DNA from: Candidatus Eiseniibacteriota bacterium
Lineage (GTDB): Bacteria; Eisenbacteria; RBG-16-71-46
NCBI GenBank assembly: GCA_963717505.1
Contig: OY970342.1
Span: forward strand, 1,408,001 to 1,472,000
Direction: 5' to 3'
Length of the DNA stretch: 64,000 nucleotides
Shown here: in pieces, positions 48,762-60,200 of the stretch
Position numbering within the stretch: the stretch's first letter is position 1
How the letters are laid out: each line of letters starts with the position of its first letter
Translations under genes and position numbers: made by a program
The notes under the pieces: model-generated
The model's database searches: none
What the model saw: only the letters and a program-made list of their open reading frames with translations
Told to the model about the DNA's origin: nothing

Positions 48762-49568
48762 ATGAATCCTTTGACTCCCATGAACGCCACGCGTCTCACC
48801 AGCACTTTGGTCGCCGCGCGCATTCCATACGCCAACGCCGCCCCGTTTTACACGCTGTGGGGCGAGGCGCCGTTCGCCGTGCGCAATCTGGTGCCGCGCG
48901 AGCTGGGTCGTGAAGCCGAGGCGGGAGCCGTGGACCTCGGGCTCATGGCGACCGGCGACTATCTGCGCCTGCGCGATCGCTTCGAGCTGGTTGGTCCGCT
49001 CGGCGTGGCCACGCGCGGTGCGGTTCAGTCGGTGCTCCTGTTCTCGCGCCGCCCGGCGAATGCGCTCGCCAACGCGATGGTCTCGGTCACGCCCGAGACT
49101 TCGACCTCAGTCCGTCTGCTCAAGCTCCTGCTTGGCACGCGTCGCGGCCTCGAGAACGTGCGCTACGTGCGCGGGCTCGAGCCGACGCAGGCCGACGCGC
49201 TGCTGATGATCGGCGACCAGGCGATGCGCATGCGCCAGCAGCGACCGGAGGGTTTCACACACACGCTCGACCTGGGCGCTGACTGGCTCGAGTGGACCGG
49301 CTTGCCGTTCGTCTACGCCGTGTGGGCGGTGCGCACCGAGTTGGACGAGGCGGTGCGCGCGGACCTGACGCGCTTCCTCGAGGCCTCGCTCGCCGCCGGG
49401 CTCGCCGACCTGCCGTCGCTGGCGCGCCAGCTCACCGAGCCGGGTTGGAGCGCGGCTGAGATGGAAGCCTATCTCCGCAGATTCCATTACCGATTGGGCC
49501 CCGAGGACTTGGAGGGGCTCGAGCGCTTCGCGACCCTGGTTCGCGAGCACAACCTACTCGAGGACTGA
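48762..49568 (+). CDS. mqnA: Chorismate dehydratase MqnA
   Basis: IPYANAAP, GAVQSVLLFS, SSTSVRLL, IGDQA, DLG..W..WTGLPFVYAVW. Confidence 0.88.
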   Translation: MNPLTPMNATRLTSTLVAARIPYANAAPFYTLWGEAPFAVRNLVPRELGREAEAGAVDLGLMATGDYLRLRDRFELVGPLGVATRGAVQSVLLFSRRPANALANAMVSVTPETSTSVRLLKLLLGTRRGLENVRYVRGLEPTQADALLMIGDQAMRMRQQRPEGFTHTLDLGADWLEWTGLPFVYAVWAVRTELDEAVRADLTRFLEASLAAGLADLPSLARQLTEPGWSAAEMEAYLRRFHYRLGPEDLEGLERFATLVREHNLLED

Positions 49569-49650
49569 CGCAACTCGCGCCCGCGCTGGGCGTATTCGAG
49601 TCGCCCACGCCCGCCCTCTCGGCGGCGCCGGACACGAAGGAGAAAGCCAG

Positions 49651-50451
49651 ATGCCCACCATGCACGAGATCGAATACCAGATCCTTGGCGACGACATGCA
49701 GTTCGTGAAGGTCGAGCTGGACCCTGGCGAGGCCGCAATCGCCGAGGCCGGAATGATGATGTACCTGGAAGACGGCATTCAGATGGACACCGTCTTCGGC
49801 GACGGCTCGACGCAGAACAAAGGGTTCATGGGCGCGTTGATGGGCGCCGGCAAGCGGTTGCTGACCGGTGAGTCCTTGTTCATCACGGTGTTTCACAACG
49901 AATCGACTGCAAAGAAGAAGGTCGCGTTCGCTGCACCCTATCCCGGCAAGATTCAACCGGTGCACCTGGCCGAGATGGGCGGCGAGCTGATCTGTCAGAA
50001 GGATTCGTTCCTGTGCGCCGCCAAGGGCGTGAGCCTGGGCATCGCCTTCAACCGTCGCTTCGGCGCCGGTCTGTTCGGCGGGGAAGGCTTCATCATGCAG
50101 CGCCTGCAGGGCGACGGTTGGGTGTTCATGCACGCCGGCGGCACGCTCGAGGAGAAAGTGCTCGCGCCGGGAGAGATGCTGCGCGTCGATACCGGCTGCC
50201 TGGTGGCGCTCCAGCCGTCGGTGGAGTACGACATCCAGTTGGTCGGCGGAATCAAGACCGCGTTGTTCGGCGGTGAAGGACTATTCTTCGCGACCTTGAA
50301 GGGTCCCGGGAAGATCTGGCTCCAGTCGTTGCCATTCAGCCGCCTCGCCAGTCGCATCTACGCGGCGGCGCCGCAGACCGGTGGCCGGCGGGTGGGTGAG
50401 GGGTCGATCCTCGGTGGCCTCGGCAACCTGCTCGACGGGGACGGTCAGTAG
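49651..50451 (+). CDS. TIGR00266/AIM24 family protein
   Basis: GDDMQFV, AEAGMM, TGESLF, CQKDSFL, GGEGF, QSLPFSRLA. Confidence 0.92.
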   Translation: MPTMHEIEYQILGDDMQFVKVELDPGEAAIAEAGMMMYLEDGIQMDTVFGDGSTQNKGFMGALMGAGKRLLTGESLFITVFHNESTAKKKVAFAAPYPGKIQPVHLAEMGGELICQKDSFLCAAKGVSLGIAFNRRFGAGLFGGEGFIMQRLQGDGWVFMHAGGTLEEKVLAPGEMLRVDTGCLVALQPSVEYDIQLVGGIKTALFGGEGLFFATLKGPGKIWLQSLPFSRLASRIYAAAPQTGGRRVGEGSILGGLGNLLDGDGQ

Positions 50452-50454
50452 CGC

Positions 50455-50900
50455 TTGCCGAAGATCGTTCTCGACGCAGCGCACGCCGGCGTGCAGCTCG
50501 CCGACATGGAGTCGGCGGCCGCGGCTTTCGTGGCGTGGCTCCGGTGCCGGGCCGCGGTCTGCTCCAGAAGCTCGGCGTTCATCTGCTGACCCAGAGCGCC
50601 AAGTTTCCGCGCGGCGGCAAGACCATCGCGCCCGCCGAGCCCGGTGCCCAGCTCGACCCGACGACCACGATCGCGCGACTACGGGGGGAGGTCGCCCGTT
50701 ACCGTCCGCTGGTCGTGCGCCTCGGCCGAGACGGACTCGAACGCGTGTGGATTCGGAATCCGTTCATCAAGCTCAAGTGGCACTACCGGCTGCCCGAGAT
50801 GATGCGCGTCCATGCGCAGCACACGTGGCATCACGCGATGCTGGCGCGCGAGGGTGTGGGCCAGAGCGGCCGTTCCGCGGCAGCCATACCGAGAGCCTAG
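50455..50900 (+). pseudogene. DinB-like protein, internally deleted or frameshifted
   Basis: N-terminal helix from TTG 50455 joins out of frame near 50540 to KTIAPAEP...NPFI...HAQHTWHH; the WS..H segment is missing. Confidence 0.5.
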
Positions 50901-50949
50901 CGCGACGCGCGCCCTTGTCGCAGCAGCCGCTCCCGGGTGAGACTGGCGC

Positions 50950-52476
50950 ATGCCCCGCCGTGACGCCGCGCCTCCCAAACCCACGACGCCACAACCCGTT
51001 CGTCTCGATCTGATCGCCGACATCGCGTTGGGCGTCGTCGGCGTCTGGTGGCTCGCGCGACTCGCGACGTTTGCCGCCGGCGCGCGGTACATGACCGACG
51101 AGTGCTTCCACGCCTACATGGCCGAGTGGATCGCCGGCCACGGGACGCTACCCGCGACGATTCCCGATCTCTACTCGGGCTTCGCCTACTACTACCCGCC
51201 GCTCTTTCATTTGCTTGGGGCGGCGGTCGCGGCGCTCTTTGGAGATTCGGCGTTCAGGTTCGTGAACGTTCTGGTGTCCGCCCTGTTGCTGATCGTCACC
51301 TACTGGGGCTGCAGAACCCTGGGCGTTCGCGCAGCGGGCCGCTGGGCGATCGCACTGTGCGCCGCGAATCTCTGGCTGTCGGTGCACGCCGTCCGGCTCT
51401 ATGTCGAGCAGCTCACGGTCCTGTTGGCAGCAGCAGCCATTCTTCTGATTCTCAAGGTCCGTCGCACCGGCGGAACCCGCGATGCCGCCTGGCTCGGAGT
51501 CGTTGCCGGCCTCGCGCTGATCGCCAAGCATTCGTCGCTGGTGCTGGTTGGCCTCATTGTCATCGTGGCGGTCGCCTACGCGATGCGGAAGCAGACGGCA
51601 CTTGCCCGTGCCTACGCGATTGCGGCAGGCATCGCGCTGCTGGTCGCCGCACCGATGTTCATTCGCAATCAGATCCTGTTCGGCAGCCCGATCTATCCAG
51701 CGTTGGCGCCGGATCTCCACCCGCTGCTCTACCAGCTCAACAAGTCCACGTTTACACCCAGCCCGGCTTCGCTCTACTCGCAGATCGTGCGCTACACGGG
51801 TTGGGCGATCGGCTTGGTCGCGGCCACGGGCTTGGGGCTGGCGATCGTGCGCCGCCGCTGGACGCTGGAAATCGGGCTCGTGGGCTTCTGCCTTGCGGTG
51901 TTCGTCGCGGCACCACTTCAGGCCCTGCTCGACGCGCGCCACATGCTGCCGGTAATCGTCGTGGTGGCCTTGCTCGGGGCGATTCTGCTGGCGAGGGAAC
52001 TCGAGGGTCGACGCGCAGCCATCCTGTGCGTCGACATCTCGCTCTTGGTGGCCGCCGTTTGGTTCGTGAGCCGACTGCCCAATCCGCGACTTAGACTCGA
52101 CCAGCCACTCGATGCGATGGAAGTCTATCGCGCCGTCCAGGAACACGTCCCGGAGGGCGAGACGGTGTTGAGCCTCTACACCTACGACACGTTCTACTAC
52201 GCAAAGCGTCCGGCCACTTGGCCGATCCCCTGGGGCCAGAGGTCGCACCCGGTCGAGATGTTCCTGACCGCGAATTGCGACTCGGTGCTGGCAGCGCTTC
52301 AGCAGCACGAGCTGCGTTGGGTGCTGACCACCCGGGCGTTCCAGGACGTCCCATTCAACGGCGCCAACTTTCCGGGCGCGTTCGTCAAATGTATTGGTGA
52401 TCTATACGGGCAGAAACGGGTGGAAGTCGTCTGGTACTCGCCGACCACGGCGCTGGTGCGCATCGAGGAGCCTTAG
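50950..52476 (+). CDS. GT-C (ArnT/PMT-like, GT39/83) membrane glycosyltransferase
   Basis: TDE..H, YYPPLF, many TM helices, GLALIAK, RNQILFGSP. Confidence 0.8.
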   Translation: MPRRDAAPPKPTTPQPVRLDLIADIALGVVGVWWLARLATFAAGARYMTDECFHAYMAEWIAGHGTLPATIPDLYSGFAYYYPPLFHLLGAAVAALFGDSAFRFVNVLVSALLLIVTYWGCRTLGVRAAGRWAIALCAANLWLSVHAVRLYVEQLTVLLAAAAILLILKVRRTGGTRDAAWLGVVAGLALIAKHSSLVLVGLIVIVAVAYAMRKQTALARAYAIAAGIALLVAAPMFIRNQILFGSPIYPALAPDLHPLLYQLNKSTFTPSPASLYSQIVRYTGWAIGLVAATGLGLAIVRRRWTLEIGLVGFCLAVFVAAPLQALLDARHMLPVIVVVALLGAILLARELEGRRAAILCVDISLLVAAVWFVSRLPNPRLRLDQPLDAMEVYRAVQEHVPEGETVLSLYTYDTFYYAKRPATWPIPWGQRSHPVEMFLTANCDSVLAALQQHELRWVLTTRAFQDVPFNGANFPGAFVKCIGDLYGQKRVEVVWYSPTTALVRIEEP

Positions 52477-52483
52477 GTCCTGG

Positions 52484-53197
52484 CTAGCGGTAGTGCAGCT
52501 TGAGGCTTCCCCAGCTCGCGCGCTTCACCGGCGTGATTACATCACAGTCGACGACTTCGTAGTGCTCGATGCCCACCGAGCAACCCTCGACGCTCAAGCA
52601 GCCGATCGCGCCAAAAAACTCTACCGCGGTCCCCGTTCCCGCGAGTGCTCGCAGTTCACTCATGAATAGTCCATCGGAAACATAGGCACTTTGGTAGCAA
52701 CTTCCCGGGCAGGGGGTGAGGCGCAAGGCCCAGCCCCCGTCCTCGAGCGTCCCGTGGGTCACCGGAGCCGAGAATTCCGGGCAGCTGGCCCACACGCTGC
52801 GTTCGCAAGGGTCGCATTCCCACGGGGGCACGCCTGTCTGGTTTCGGTTTTTGTCGACGGAGACGATCCGGTACTGAAACATCTGCCTCGTGGCAGGAGG
52901 CTCGTCTACGAACGTGTGGCTGTGGGTCGCCCCGACCGTCCGAGGGAACGGTTCGTCGTTCACCCGGACATAGTCCGAGCACGGGTCGATTGAGCGCCGG
53001 TACACGTCGTAGCCCACCCACTCGGACTCGTACGGGTCGCTCGGACTGTAGTAGTACGTCCAACGAAGAGTAACCCTGACGCTGTCTTCGCAGGATGCGC
53101 TGGAGGACAGCCACCCGTACCCGTAGGAGTCGGCGGTCACGCCGACCCAGGCCACCAGGGTCATGGCCATGGCCAGAAGCGCGGCTCCACGATTCAT
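52484..53197 (-). CDS. Secreted Cys-rich protein ending in TPVKRASWGSLKLHYR
   Basis: Signal peptide from ATG 53197, FN3-like GYDVYR...FVDE...YRIVSVD, conserved-looking C-terminal motif. Confidence 0.75.
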   Translation of the reverse strand: MNRGAALLAMAMTLVAWVGVTADSYGYGWLSSSASCEDSVRVTLRWTYYYSPSDPYESEWVGYDVYRRSIDPCSDYVRVNDEPFPRTVGATHSHTFVDEPPATRQMFQYRIVSVDKNRNQTGVPPWECDPCERSVWASCPEFSAPVTHGTLEDGGWALRLTPCPGSCYQSAYVSDGLFMSELRALAGTGTAVEFFGAIGCLSVEGCSVGIEHYEVVDCDVITPVKRASWGSLKLHYR

Positions 53198-53343
53198 GGC
53201 CCATGAGCCTATTGAACTGCGGAGGCCCGAGCAATGGGTTTCCAGAGTGTAGTTCAGCGCTTCTGAGTGGGGGCGTTCGAGGAACCATCGCGTGGCCAAC
53301 GATTTCCCTGGCGGCCCGCCCTGGCGTCCGGCAACATAGGTCC

Positions 53344-55806
53344 ATGCGTCCCATGCCCCTCGCCGCCCTTCTCGTGCTGTATGCCCTTGCACTTGCGACC
53401 CCTTCCGCTGCCGCCGGCGAGCGCGAGTCCCCGCCCGAGCGCATTTCGCGCGAGCAGGCGATGGCCAACGCGTCGCACACGACCGATCAGGCGCCGCTCG
53501 GCGCGGTCGCGGGCGCGCGCACGCTCGGGGCCTCGGGTTTCCTCCAGTGGGAGCCGCTCGGTCCCCGTCCGATCGCCTATGACTATTGGTCCACCGGCCC
53601 CGCGGCCGGCCGTGTGTCGGCAATCCTGGTCGACCCGCGCGACGGCGACGTCGCCTACGTCGCGGCCTCGCAGGGCGGCGTGTGGAAGACGACTGACGGC
53701 GGCGCCAGTTGGACACCGCTCACCGACCATCTTTCGTCGCTGGCCTCGGGCGCGCTGTGTTTCGACCCGCGCAATCCCGACGTCATCTACTACGCGACCG
53801 GCGAACAGCACCAATCGGGCGACAGCTTCTACGGCGACGGACTGTTCAAGAGCACCGACGCGGGAGCGAGTTGGGCCAAGATCTCGACCCGCGAGCAGGT
53901 CGGCAGCTACGTCGCGCGCATCATGACGCACCCGCAGAATCCGGACACGCTCTATGTCGCCAGCAGCCGAGGATTCGCCCGCAGCTTGGACGGCGGCGCG
54001 AACTGGACGGTGACTCAGTCCGACGAGTGGGCGTTCGATATCGAGCAGCATTCGACCAATCCAAACCTGATGTATACGACCATCGCGGGCTTCGGAATCT
54101 ATCGGTCGACCAACGCCGGGTCGTCGTGGACGCAGCTTGCCGGCGGACTGCCGGTCAGCGGCTTCGATCGCATCGAGATCGCACTCGCGCCGACGAATCC
54201 CAACATCATCTACGCCGGTTTCGCGACCCCGGGCGGCGCGTTGCTCGGCATGTACGTCACGACCAACGGCGGCAACGCGTGGGCGCTCCGGGCGTCGACC
54301 CCCAACTACCTGGGCGGCCAGGGCTGGTACGACCACGCGATCATCGCCGATCCGACCAACGCCAACGTCTGCTACGCGGGTGGTGTGTTCCCCTATCAGG
54401 AAGGCTACGCCGGCGTGATCCGCACCGGCGACACCGGGAACAACTGGACCGACATCACCTTCGACAACGACGGCAACTCGGTTCATCCGGACCAGCACGC
54501 CCTCACGTTCGGACCCGACGGCACGCTGTGGCTCGGCAACGACGGCGGGGTGTGGAAGACCACCAACGGTGGTGGCGACTGGCTCCACTGCAACAACGGA
54601 CTCGAGATCACCATGTTCTACACGGTGACGCCGCACCCGACCGATCGCGATCGGCTGCTGGGCGGCACGCAGGACAATGGGACGGTGCTCTACGAGGGCA
54701 ACCCGGTCTGGCCGCAGGTGATCGCCGGCGACGGCGGTTACAACGTGTTCCTGTGGAACGATCCCGACACCTACTTCACCACCTACGTGCGACTGAACCC
54801 GGTCTACGAATGGAACCTCGGGACCTTCGTCGCCGAGCGGCAGGGACCGTGGAACAGTGACCGCATTTCGTTCACGCAGGGGCCACTGGTGGTCGACCCC
54901 AACATGGCGGATGGCATGTTCGCGGGGACACACCGCGTCTGGCGCACCAACAATCGCGGCCAGGGGTGGAGTCTCCTGAGCGGCGACCTGTCACCCTCGG
55001 GTGGACACCTGCGCGCGGTCACGCCGGTCCCGGGCGACCTCAACACCATCTACGCTGCCAGCTCGCGCGGCGAGGTCAGCGTGACCACGAATGCCTCGAC
55101 CTGGACACGGCGCGACGACGAGCTGCCGCGCCGGCCGATCAACGATCTCTGGGTCCATCCGGCCAACTATTCCGTCGCCTATCTTGCCGCCGACACGACC
55201 AACGGCGGCCGCGTGTGGAGCACGACCGACGCCGGCGATACCTGGACCGACGTCAGCGGCAACCTGCCGGGAAACCTGCGCGCGCTGAGCCTGGCGGTGG
55301 ATTTCGTCTTCACGCCACCGCGCCTCTACCTGGGCACCGACTACGGGGTCTATAGCTCGCAGGACGACGGCGCGACCTGGATCAAAGAAGAACTCGGCGG
55401 GCTGCCGTCGCTCGCGATCTACGATCTGGCGTTCACGCGGCTCGGCGGCGAGGTGATCGCCGCGACCCACGGGCGCGGCATGTGGCGCGGAGCGGTCACG
55501 CTCCTCGCGGTCGGCGATCAGGACCCGGTTGTGTCGGGTATCGCGCTCAACGTGCCCAACCCGGCGCGTGTGCCGGTGCCACTCGACTTCCGCATGCTTT
55601 CCGACGCAGCGGTCAGCATCGAGGTCTTCGACGTCACGGGACGTCGCGTACGCGTCATCGAGCATGGGCCGCGGTTCGCCGGGACCCATCGGGTGAGCTG
55701 GGACGGGCGCGACGAGCAAGGCATGGTCGCCGGCAACGGCATCTACTTCTATCGCGTCGCCGCCGGGCCGACGGCCTACGTCGCCAAGTTCGCGCTGCTG
55801 AGGTAG
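53344..55806 (+). CDS. Secreted BNR/Asp-box beta-propeller (VPS10/GH74-like) protein with FlgD-Ig C-terminal domain
   Basis: WEPLGP, GRVSAI, repeated S/T-x-D-G-G-x-x-W boxes, HPDQH, GGTQDNG, ATHGRG, FlgD tail. Confidence 0.88.
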   Translation: MRPMPLAALLVLYALALATPSAAAGERESPPERISREQAMANASHTTDQAPLGAVAGARTLGASGFLQWEPLGPRPIAYDYWSTGPAAGRVSAILVDPRDGDVAYVAASQGGVWKTTDGGASWTPLTDHLSSLASGALCFDPRNPDVIYYATGEQHQSGDSFYGDGLFKSTDAGASWAKISTREQVGSYVARIMTHPQNPDTLYVASSRGFARSLDGGANWTVTQSDEWAFDIEQHSTNPNLMYTTIAGFGIYRSTNAGSSWTQLAGGLPVSGFDRIEIALAPTNPNIIYAGFATPGGALLGMYVTTNGGNAWALRASTPNYLGGQGWYDHAIIADPTNANVCYAGGVFPYQEGYAGVIRTGDTGNNWTDITFDNDGNSVHPDQHALTFGPDGTLWLGNDGGVWKTTNGGGDWLHCNNGLEITMFYTVTPHPTDRDRLLGGTQDNGTVLYEGNPVWPQVIAGDGGYNVFLWNDPDTYFTTYVRLNPVYEWNLGTFVAERQGPWNSDRISFTQGPLVVDPNMADGMFAGTHRVWRTNNRGQGWSLLSGDLSPSGGHLRAVTPVPGDLNTIYAASSRGEVSVTTNASTWTRRDDELPRRPINDLWVHPANYSVAYLAADTTNGGRVWSTTDAGDTWTDVSGNLPGNLRALSLAVDFVFTPPRLYLGTDYGVYSSQDDGATWIKEELGGLPSLAIYDLAFTRLGGEVIAATHGRGMWRGAVTLLAVGDQDPVVSGIALNVPNPARVPVPLDFRMLSDAAVSIEVFDVTGRRVRVIEHGPRFAGTHRVSWDGRDEQGMVAGNGIYFYRVAAGPTAYVAKFALLR

Positions 55807-55815
55807 GTTCCCCGC

Positions 55816-57045
55816 GTGTGGTCCACCATCGAACGCAAGGTCCTCGACGGCCAACGCCTCGACACTGCTGAGGGCGTGTACCTGTTGACTGAAGCCCCGC
55901 TGGTCGAGCTGGGTGCACTGGCTCACGAGGCGAGGGCACGCCGCACCGACCCGGCCGTCGTGACCTACGTCATCGACACCAATCCCAACTACACCAACCT
56001 GTGCACGGTGGACTGCCACTTCTGCGCGTTCTACCGGCGCCCGGCGGCGCACGCGCCCGACGCGTACACACACGACGTCGAAGGCGTGATGGCAATGATG
56101 GAGCGCGCGAGCCAGCTGAACGCGACGACGGTGCTGCTCCAGGGCGGGCTCAATCCCGAGATCCCCTGGGAGTTCTACCCAACGATCGTGCGCGAGGCGC
56201 GGCGTCGCTATCCGAACATCACGCCTCACTTCTTCTCGGCGCCCGAGATCCACCAGATGGTCGAGGTTTCGGGGCTCACGATCCGCGGCGTGCTCGAGGC
56301 GCTCTACGAAGCCGGGCAGCGCACGCTGCCGGGCGGCGGCGCCGAGATCCTGGCAACGCGTGTTCGAAGGCGCATTTCCATAAAGAAGGGCGGTCCCGAC
56401 GCCTGGCTCGACGTCCACCGCGCGGCGCACCAGGTCGGGATGCGCTCGACCGCGACCATGATGTACGGGCATGTCGAAACGCCGGCGGAAGTAGTCGAGC
56501 ACTTCGACTACATCAGGAACCTTCAGGACGAGACGCAAGGCTTCACGGCGTTCGTCCCGTGGTCCTACAAGCGCGGTAATACGCCGATGGAATCCAAGGT
56601 CAGGTACATCGCGGGTTCGTCGCAGTACTGCCGCGTGCTCGCGGCGTCGCGGCTCTACCTCGACAACTTTCGGCACATCCAGGCGTCGTGGTTCAGCGAG
56701 GGCAAGAAGACCGGCCAGGCGGCGCTCCACTTTGGCGCCGACGACTTCGGCGGCACGTTGTTCGAGGAAAACGTGCACCTGGCGACCGGCCACGTGAACA
56801 AGACCACGGTGGCGGAGATCGAGACGCTGATTCGCGAGGCCGGCTTCACGCCGGCCCAGCGCACGACGCTGTACGAGATTCTCCGCACCGGCGACGGCCC
56901 GGGTGCGGCTCCGGGCGACGATGTGCCGCTGTTCGTCGAGAGCCTGCGCGAGCTGCCGGCCGAGTATCCGGTCGCGATCGAGGGTGAAGAGCCACACCCC
57001 GCTGCGCCAGACGCCGCAGCCGCGTCGCTGCGAGTCCTTCGCTAG
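55816..57045 (+). CDS. mqnC: Cyclic dehypoxanthinyl futalosine synthase MqnC (radical SAM)
   Basis: NYTNLCTVDCHFCAFYR, LLQGG, PGGGAEIL, TAFVPW, IQASW, FGADDFGG...EENV. Confidence 0.9.
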   Translation: MWSTIERKVLDGQRLDTAEGVYLLTEAPLVELGALAHEARARRTDPAVVTYVIDTNPNYTNLCTVDCHFCAFYRRPAAHAPDAYTHDVEGVMAMMERASQLNATTVLLQGGLNPEIPWEFYPTIVREARRRYPNITPHFFSAPEIHQMVEVSGLTIRGVLEALYEAGQRTLPGGGAEILATRVRRRISIKKGGPDAWLDVHRAAHQVGMRSTATMMYGHVETPAEVVEHFDYIRNLQDETQGFTAFVPWSYKRGNTPMESKVRYIAGSSQYCRVLAASRLYLDNFRHIQASWFSEGKKTGQAALHFGADDFGGTLFEENVHLATGHVNKTTVAEIETLIREAGFTPAQRTTLYEILRTGDGPGAAPGDDVPLFVESLRELPAEYPVAIEGEEPHPAAPDAAAASLRVLR

Positions 57046-57239
57046 CGGGCGGTTGGCTCTAGGGGTCCCGGGGCTGCGTGCAATTCCCAATTCAATCCCA
57101 TCGAGCGCGCGAGTTGCCCGGCCGATCTGCATTGAGACCAGGCTTCTAACTGGAAGCCGTGCATGCGAATCGGCTAGAATCACGGCCGCTTTTCGGGCTC
57201 GCCGCACCCCGCTTGCGTAGCAACTCTTCGAGGAGGCCC

Positions 57240-60200
57240 GTGACCATCCCCCCGACATGGGCACGCTCCGGCGCGACTGCCGCGCTGGTAGCGAGCCTGG
57301 TTTCTGCGCTCCCCGCCGCGGCACAGCCCCATCTGCCGCCGAAGTTCGTGGCCGAGAACGCGGTTCCCGGGCCTCCCTTCAATCTCCCGACCTGCGTCGC
57401 GTTCCTGCCCGATGGCCGCATGCTGGTCGGCGAGAAGGCCGGCCGCGTATGGGTCGTGAAGAACGGTATCCGCCACCCGATCCCGATGTGGGATCGCCAG
57501 AACGAGGTCGAAACCATCGGCGACTGCGGGCTGATGAGCATCGCCGTCGATCCGGCCTACTCGCTGAATCGGTTCGTATATTTCCTCTATACGGCCGATC
57601 CGGACTCGAACGGAGTCGACACCGATCCCTATGCGTTCGGACGGCTGACTCGATATCGGATCAGCACGACGGACTCGAACACCGTGGACTCGACTTCGCG
57701 CGCGATCCTCATGGGGGTCAACTGGACGCAGGGGCCACTGACCGCCGGCACCTCGCACACGGTCGGCTCCTTGCGCTGGGGTGAGGACGCCAGCCTGCTG
57801 GTATCGGTCGGTGAAGGCGCCGAGTCGGGGCAGCTCGACCCCGGCGGTCTCTACCCCGAGGCCTTCGGCGCGGGCAAGACCGACCCGTTCGAAGACATCG
57901 GCGCGTTCCGCGCGCAGTACCGCGGCAGCCTGGGGGGCAAGGTGCTGCGGATCAATCCCCAGACCGGCCGCGGCTATTCCAGCAACCCGTGGTATCAGCC
58001 CGGGAATCCCGGTTCCGTGCGTTCGCGAGTGTGGACCTATGGCATGAGGAATCCGTTCCGGATCTGCGTGCGCCCCGGCTCGGGCGACCCCGATCCCACC
58101 GTCGGCGATCCCGGATCGCTGTTCATCGGCGACGTCGGCTGGACGCTGTGGGAGGAAGTCAATCTCTCGAGCAACGGCGGCGAGAACTTCGGCTGGCCCT
58201 GCTACGAGGGCGTCCCGGAGCAGGCGGACTACCAGGCGGCCAACCCCTCGAGTTACGACTGCTCCACGATCGGCTCGCCCGCCAATCCGTCGCCTCATGC
58301 GCCGCCGATCATGTCGTGGCACCACGTCGACTCGACGCTTTCGAATCCGCCGGGCGCGGGCTTGTTCGGCAATTGCACGATGATCGGCGCGTTCTACAAC
58401 GGAAGCGGATATCCGACCGGCTACCAGGGCGCACTGTTCTTCTGTGATTTCGGCCACAACTGGATGAAGGTCGCCTCGTTCGATGCAGTCGATCAACTGG
58501 TCACGATCAGCGACTTCGCCACCAACATGCAGGGCCCGGTCGACTTCGCCATGCACCCGTTAACCAAGGACCTGCACTATGTGTCGATCGAGATGGGGGA
58601 GGTGCGCCGAATTCGTTACACCGGGCCGGTGACCGACGATCCGGTCGCGGTCGCGACCGGAACCCCGCTGGTCGGCCAGTCCCCGAGCGAGGTCACGTTC
58701 GGTGGCTCCGAATCGTTCTCCCCGGTGGGGCGCCCGCTGACCTACTTCTGGAACTTTGGCGACGGACAGGGCTCGTCCAGTCCCAGTCCGGTTCACATCT
58801 ACTACGACGCCGGCGTCTACGACGCGGTGCTCACGGTCACCGACGACATCGCGGCGATCGGCCGGGACACGGTCCGCATCGTCGCCTACGAGCTCCCCGA
58901 CTTCCCGACCACCGAAGTGCTCGACGACTTCAATCGCGCCAACGGTCCGGTCGGTTCGCAGTGGGTCGACGACTTGTTCGGCCTGGTGGTCGCCGACAGC
59001 CAGCTGACGCAGACGGCCGGGATGGCCTTGCCGGTGTGGAACGGGTCGGTGTTCGGTCCGGAGCAGGAAGCCTTCGTGACCCTGAATGCGATCACGGCAA
59101 CCTCGCCGCACCACACACTGATGCTCAAGGTCCAGGGAACCAGCTTCAGCACCGGACACATCCAGGTGCGATACGACGCCAACTTTCCGAGGATCACGGT
59201 GGCCACTTTTGCCCCAGGCCAGGGGTGGGTGACCCGTGGCGAGATCAACCCCTGGACCTTCAAACCGGGTGATCGCTTCGGGGCGCGCGCCTATTCCAAT
59301 GGCGTGGTCGAGGTGTATTGGGACGAACTTGCCATCGGCACGTTCCTGACCGAGGGCTGGCCGTTCAGCGCCCAGGGTGGCCGGATCGGGATGGTGCTGC
59401 AGGATGCGACCGCCTCGCGGCTCGACGACTTCGGTGGTGGCGACATTCGCGTCATCGACAACGATCTACCGGTGGCCACGATCCTGGCCCCGCCCGACAG
59501 CGGTTTCTTCGCAGCCGACACGGTGTGGCTGATGGGTCAGGGCACCGACGCCGAGGATGATCCTGAGGAGCTGTCCTTCAACTGGCGGGTGGACACGCAC
59601 CACAACAACCACGTGCATCCCGGCTACTTCCAGTCGACTAGCGCCACCGACTTCTTCATCGGCGAAGATCACGACGACGGGACCGGCGTGTGGTTGGTCG
59701 CGCTATTGTGGGTGACCGATACTCGCGGCGCCAGCGACACCACGAGCGTCGTGCTCTTCCCCGAGGTGGACCTGGAGCCGACCGGGATCGCGACCGATCC
59801 CAACCCGGTGCCCTCCAATGAGGCGGCGGAATACTCGTTCTGGCTGCACAATCGCGGCCGCATGCTGGCCGCGCGCAGCCACTGGGCGCTGCGCATCGGC
59901 GGCGCGGTGGTGGCCGAGGGCGACACGGTTGTGCCCGCCCTGGACAGTCTGTACATCAGCCAGGTGCTGCCGCCGCTGGTCGGTCCCGGGGTCTACGATC
60001 TGAGAGCCACCGCCGACACCACCGCTCGCGTGGTCGAAACCGACGAAAGCAACAACGGACTCACGGTCGAGCTGCTGGTCGACGACTCCACGGTAGACCG
60101 CACGCCGCCGCTGTTCGTTTCCGGCCCGGGGGCGGAGCCGCACGGCGTCCATGCGTTCGTCATGTGGACCGCCAGCGAGCGATCGAGCGGCAAAGTGTAT

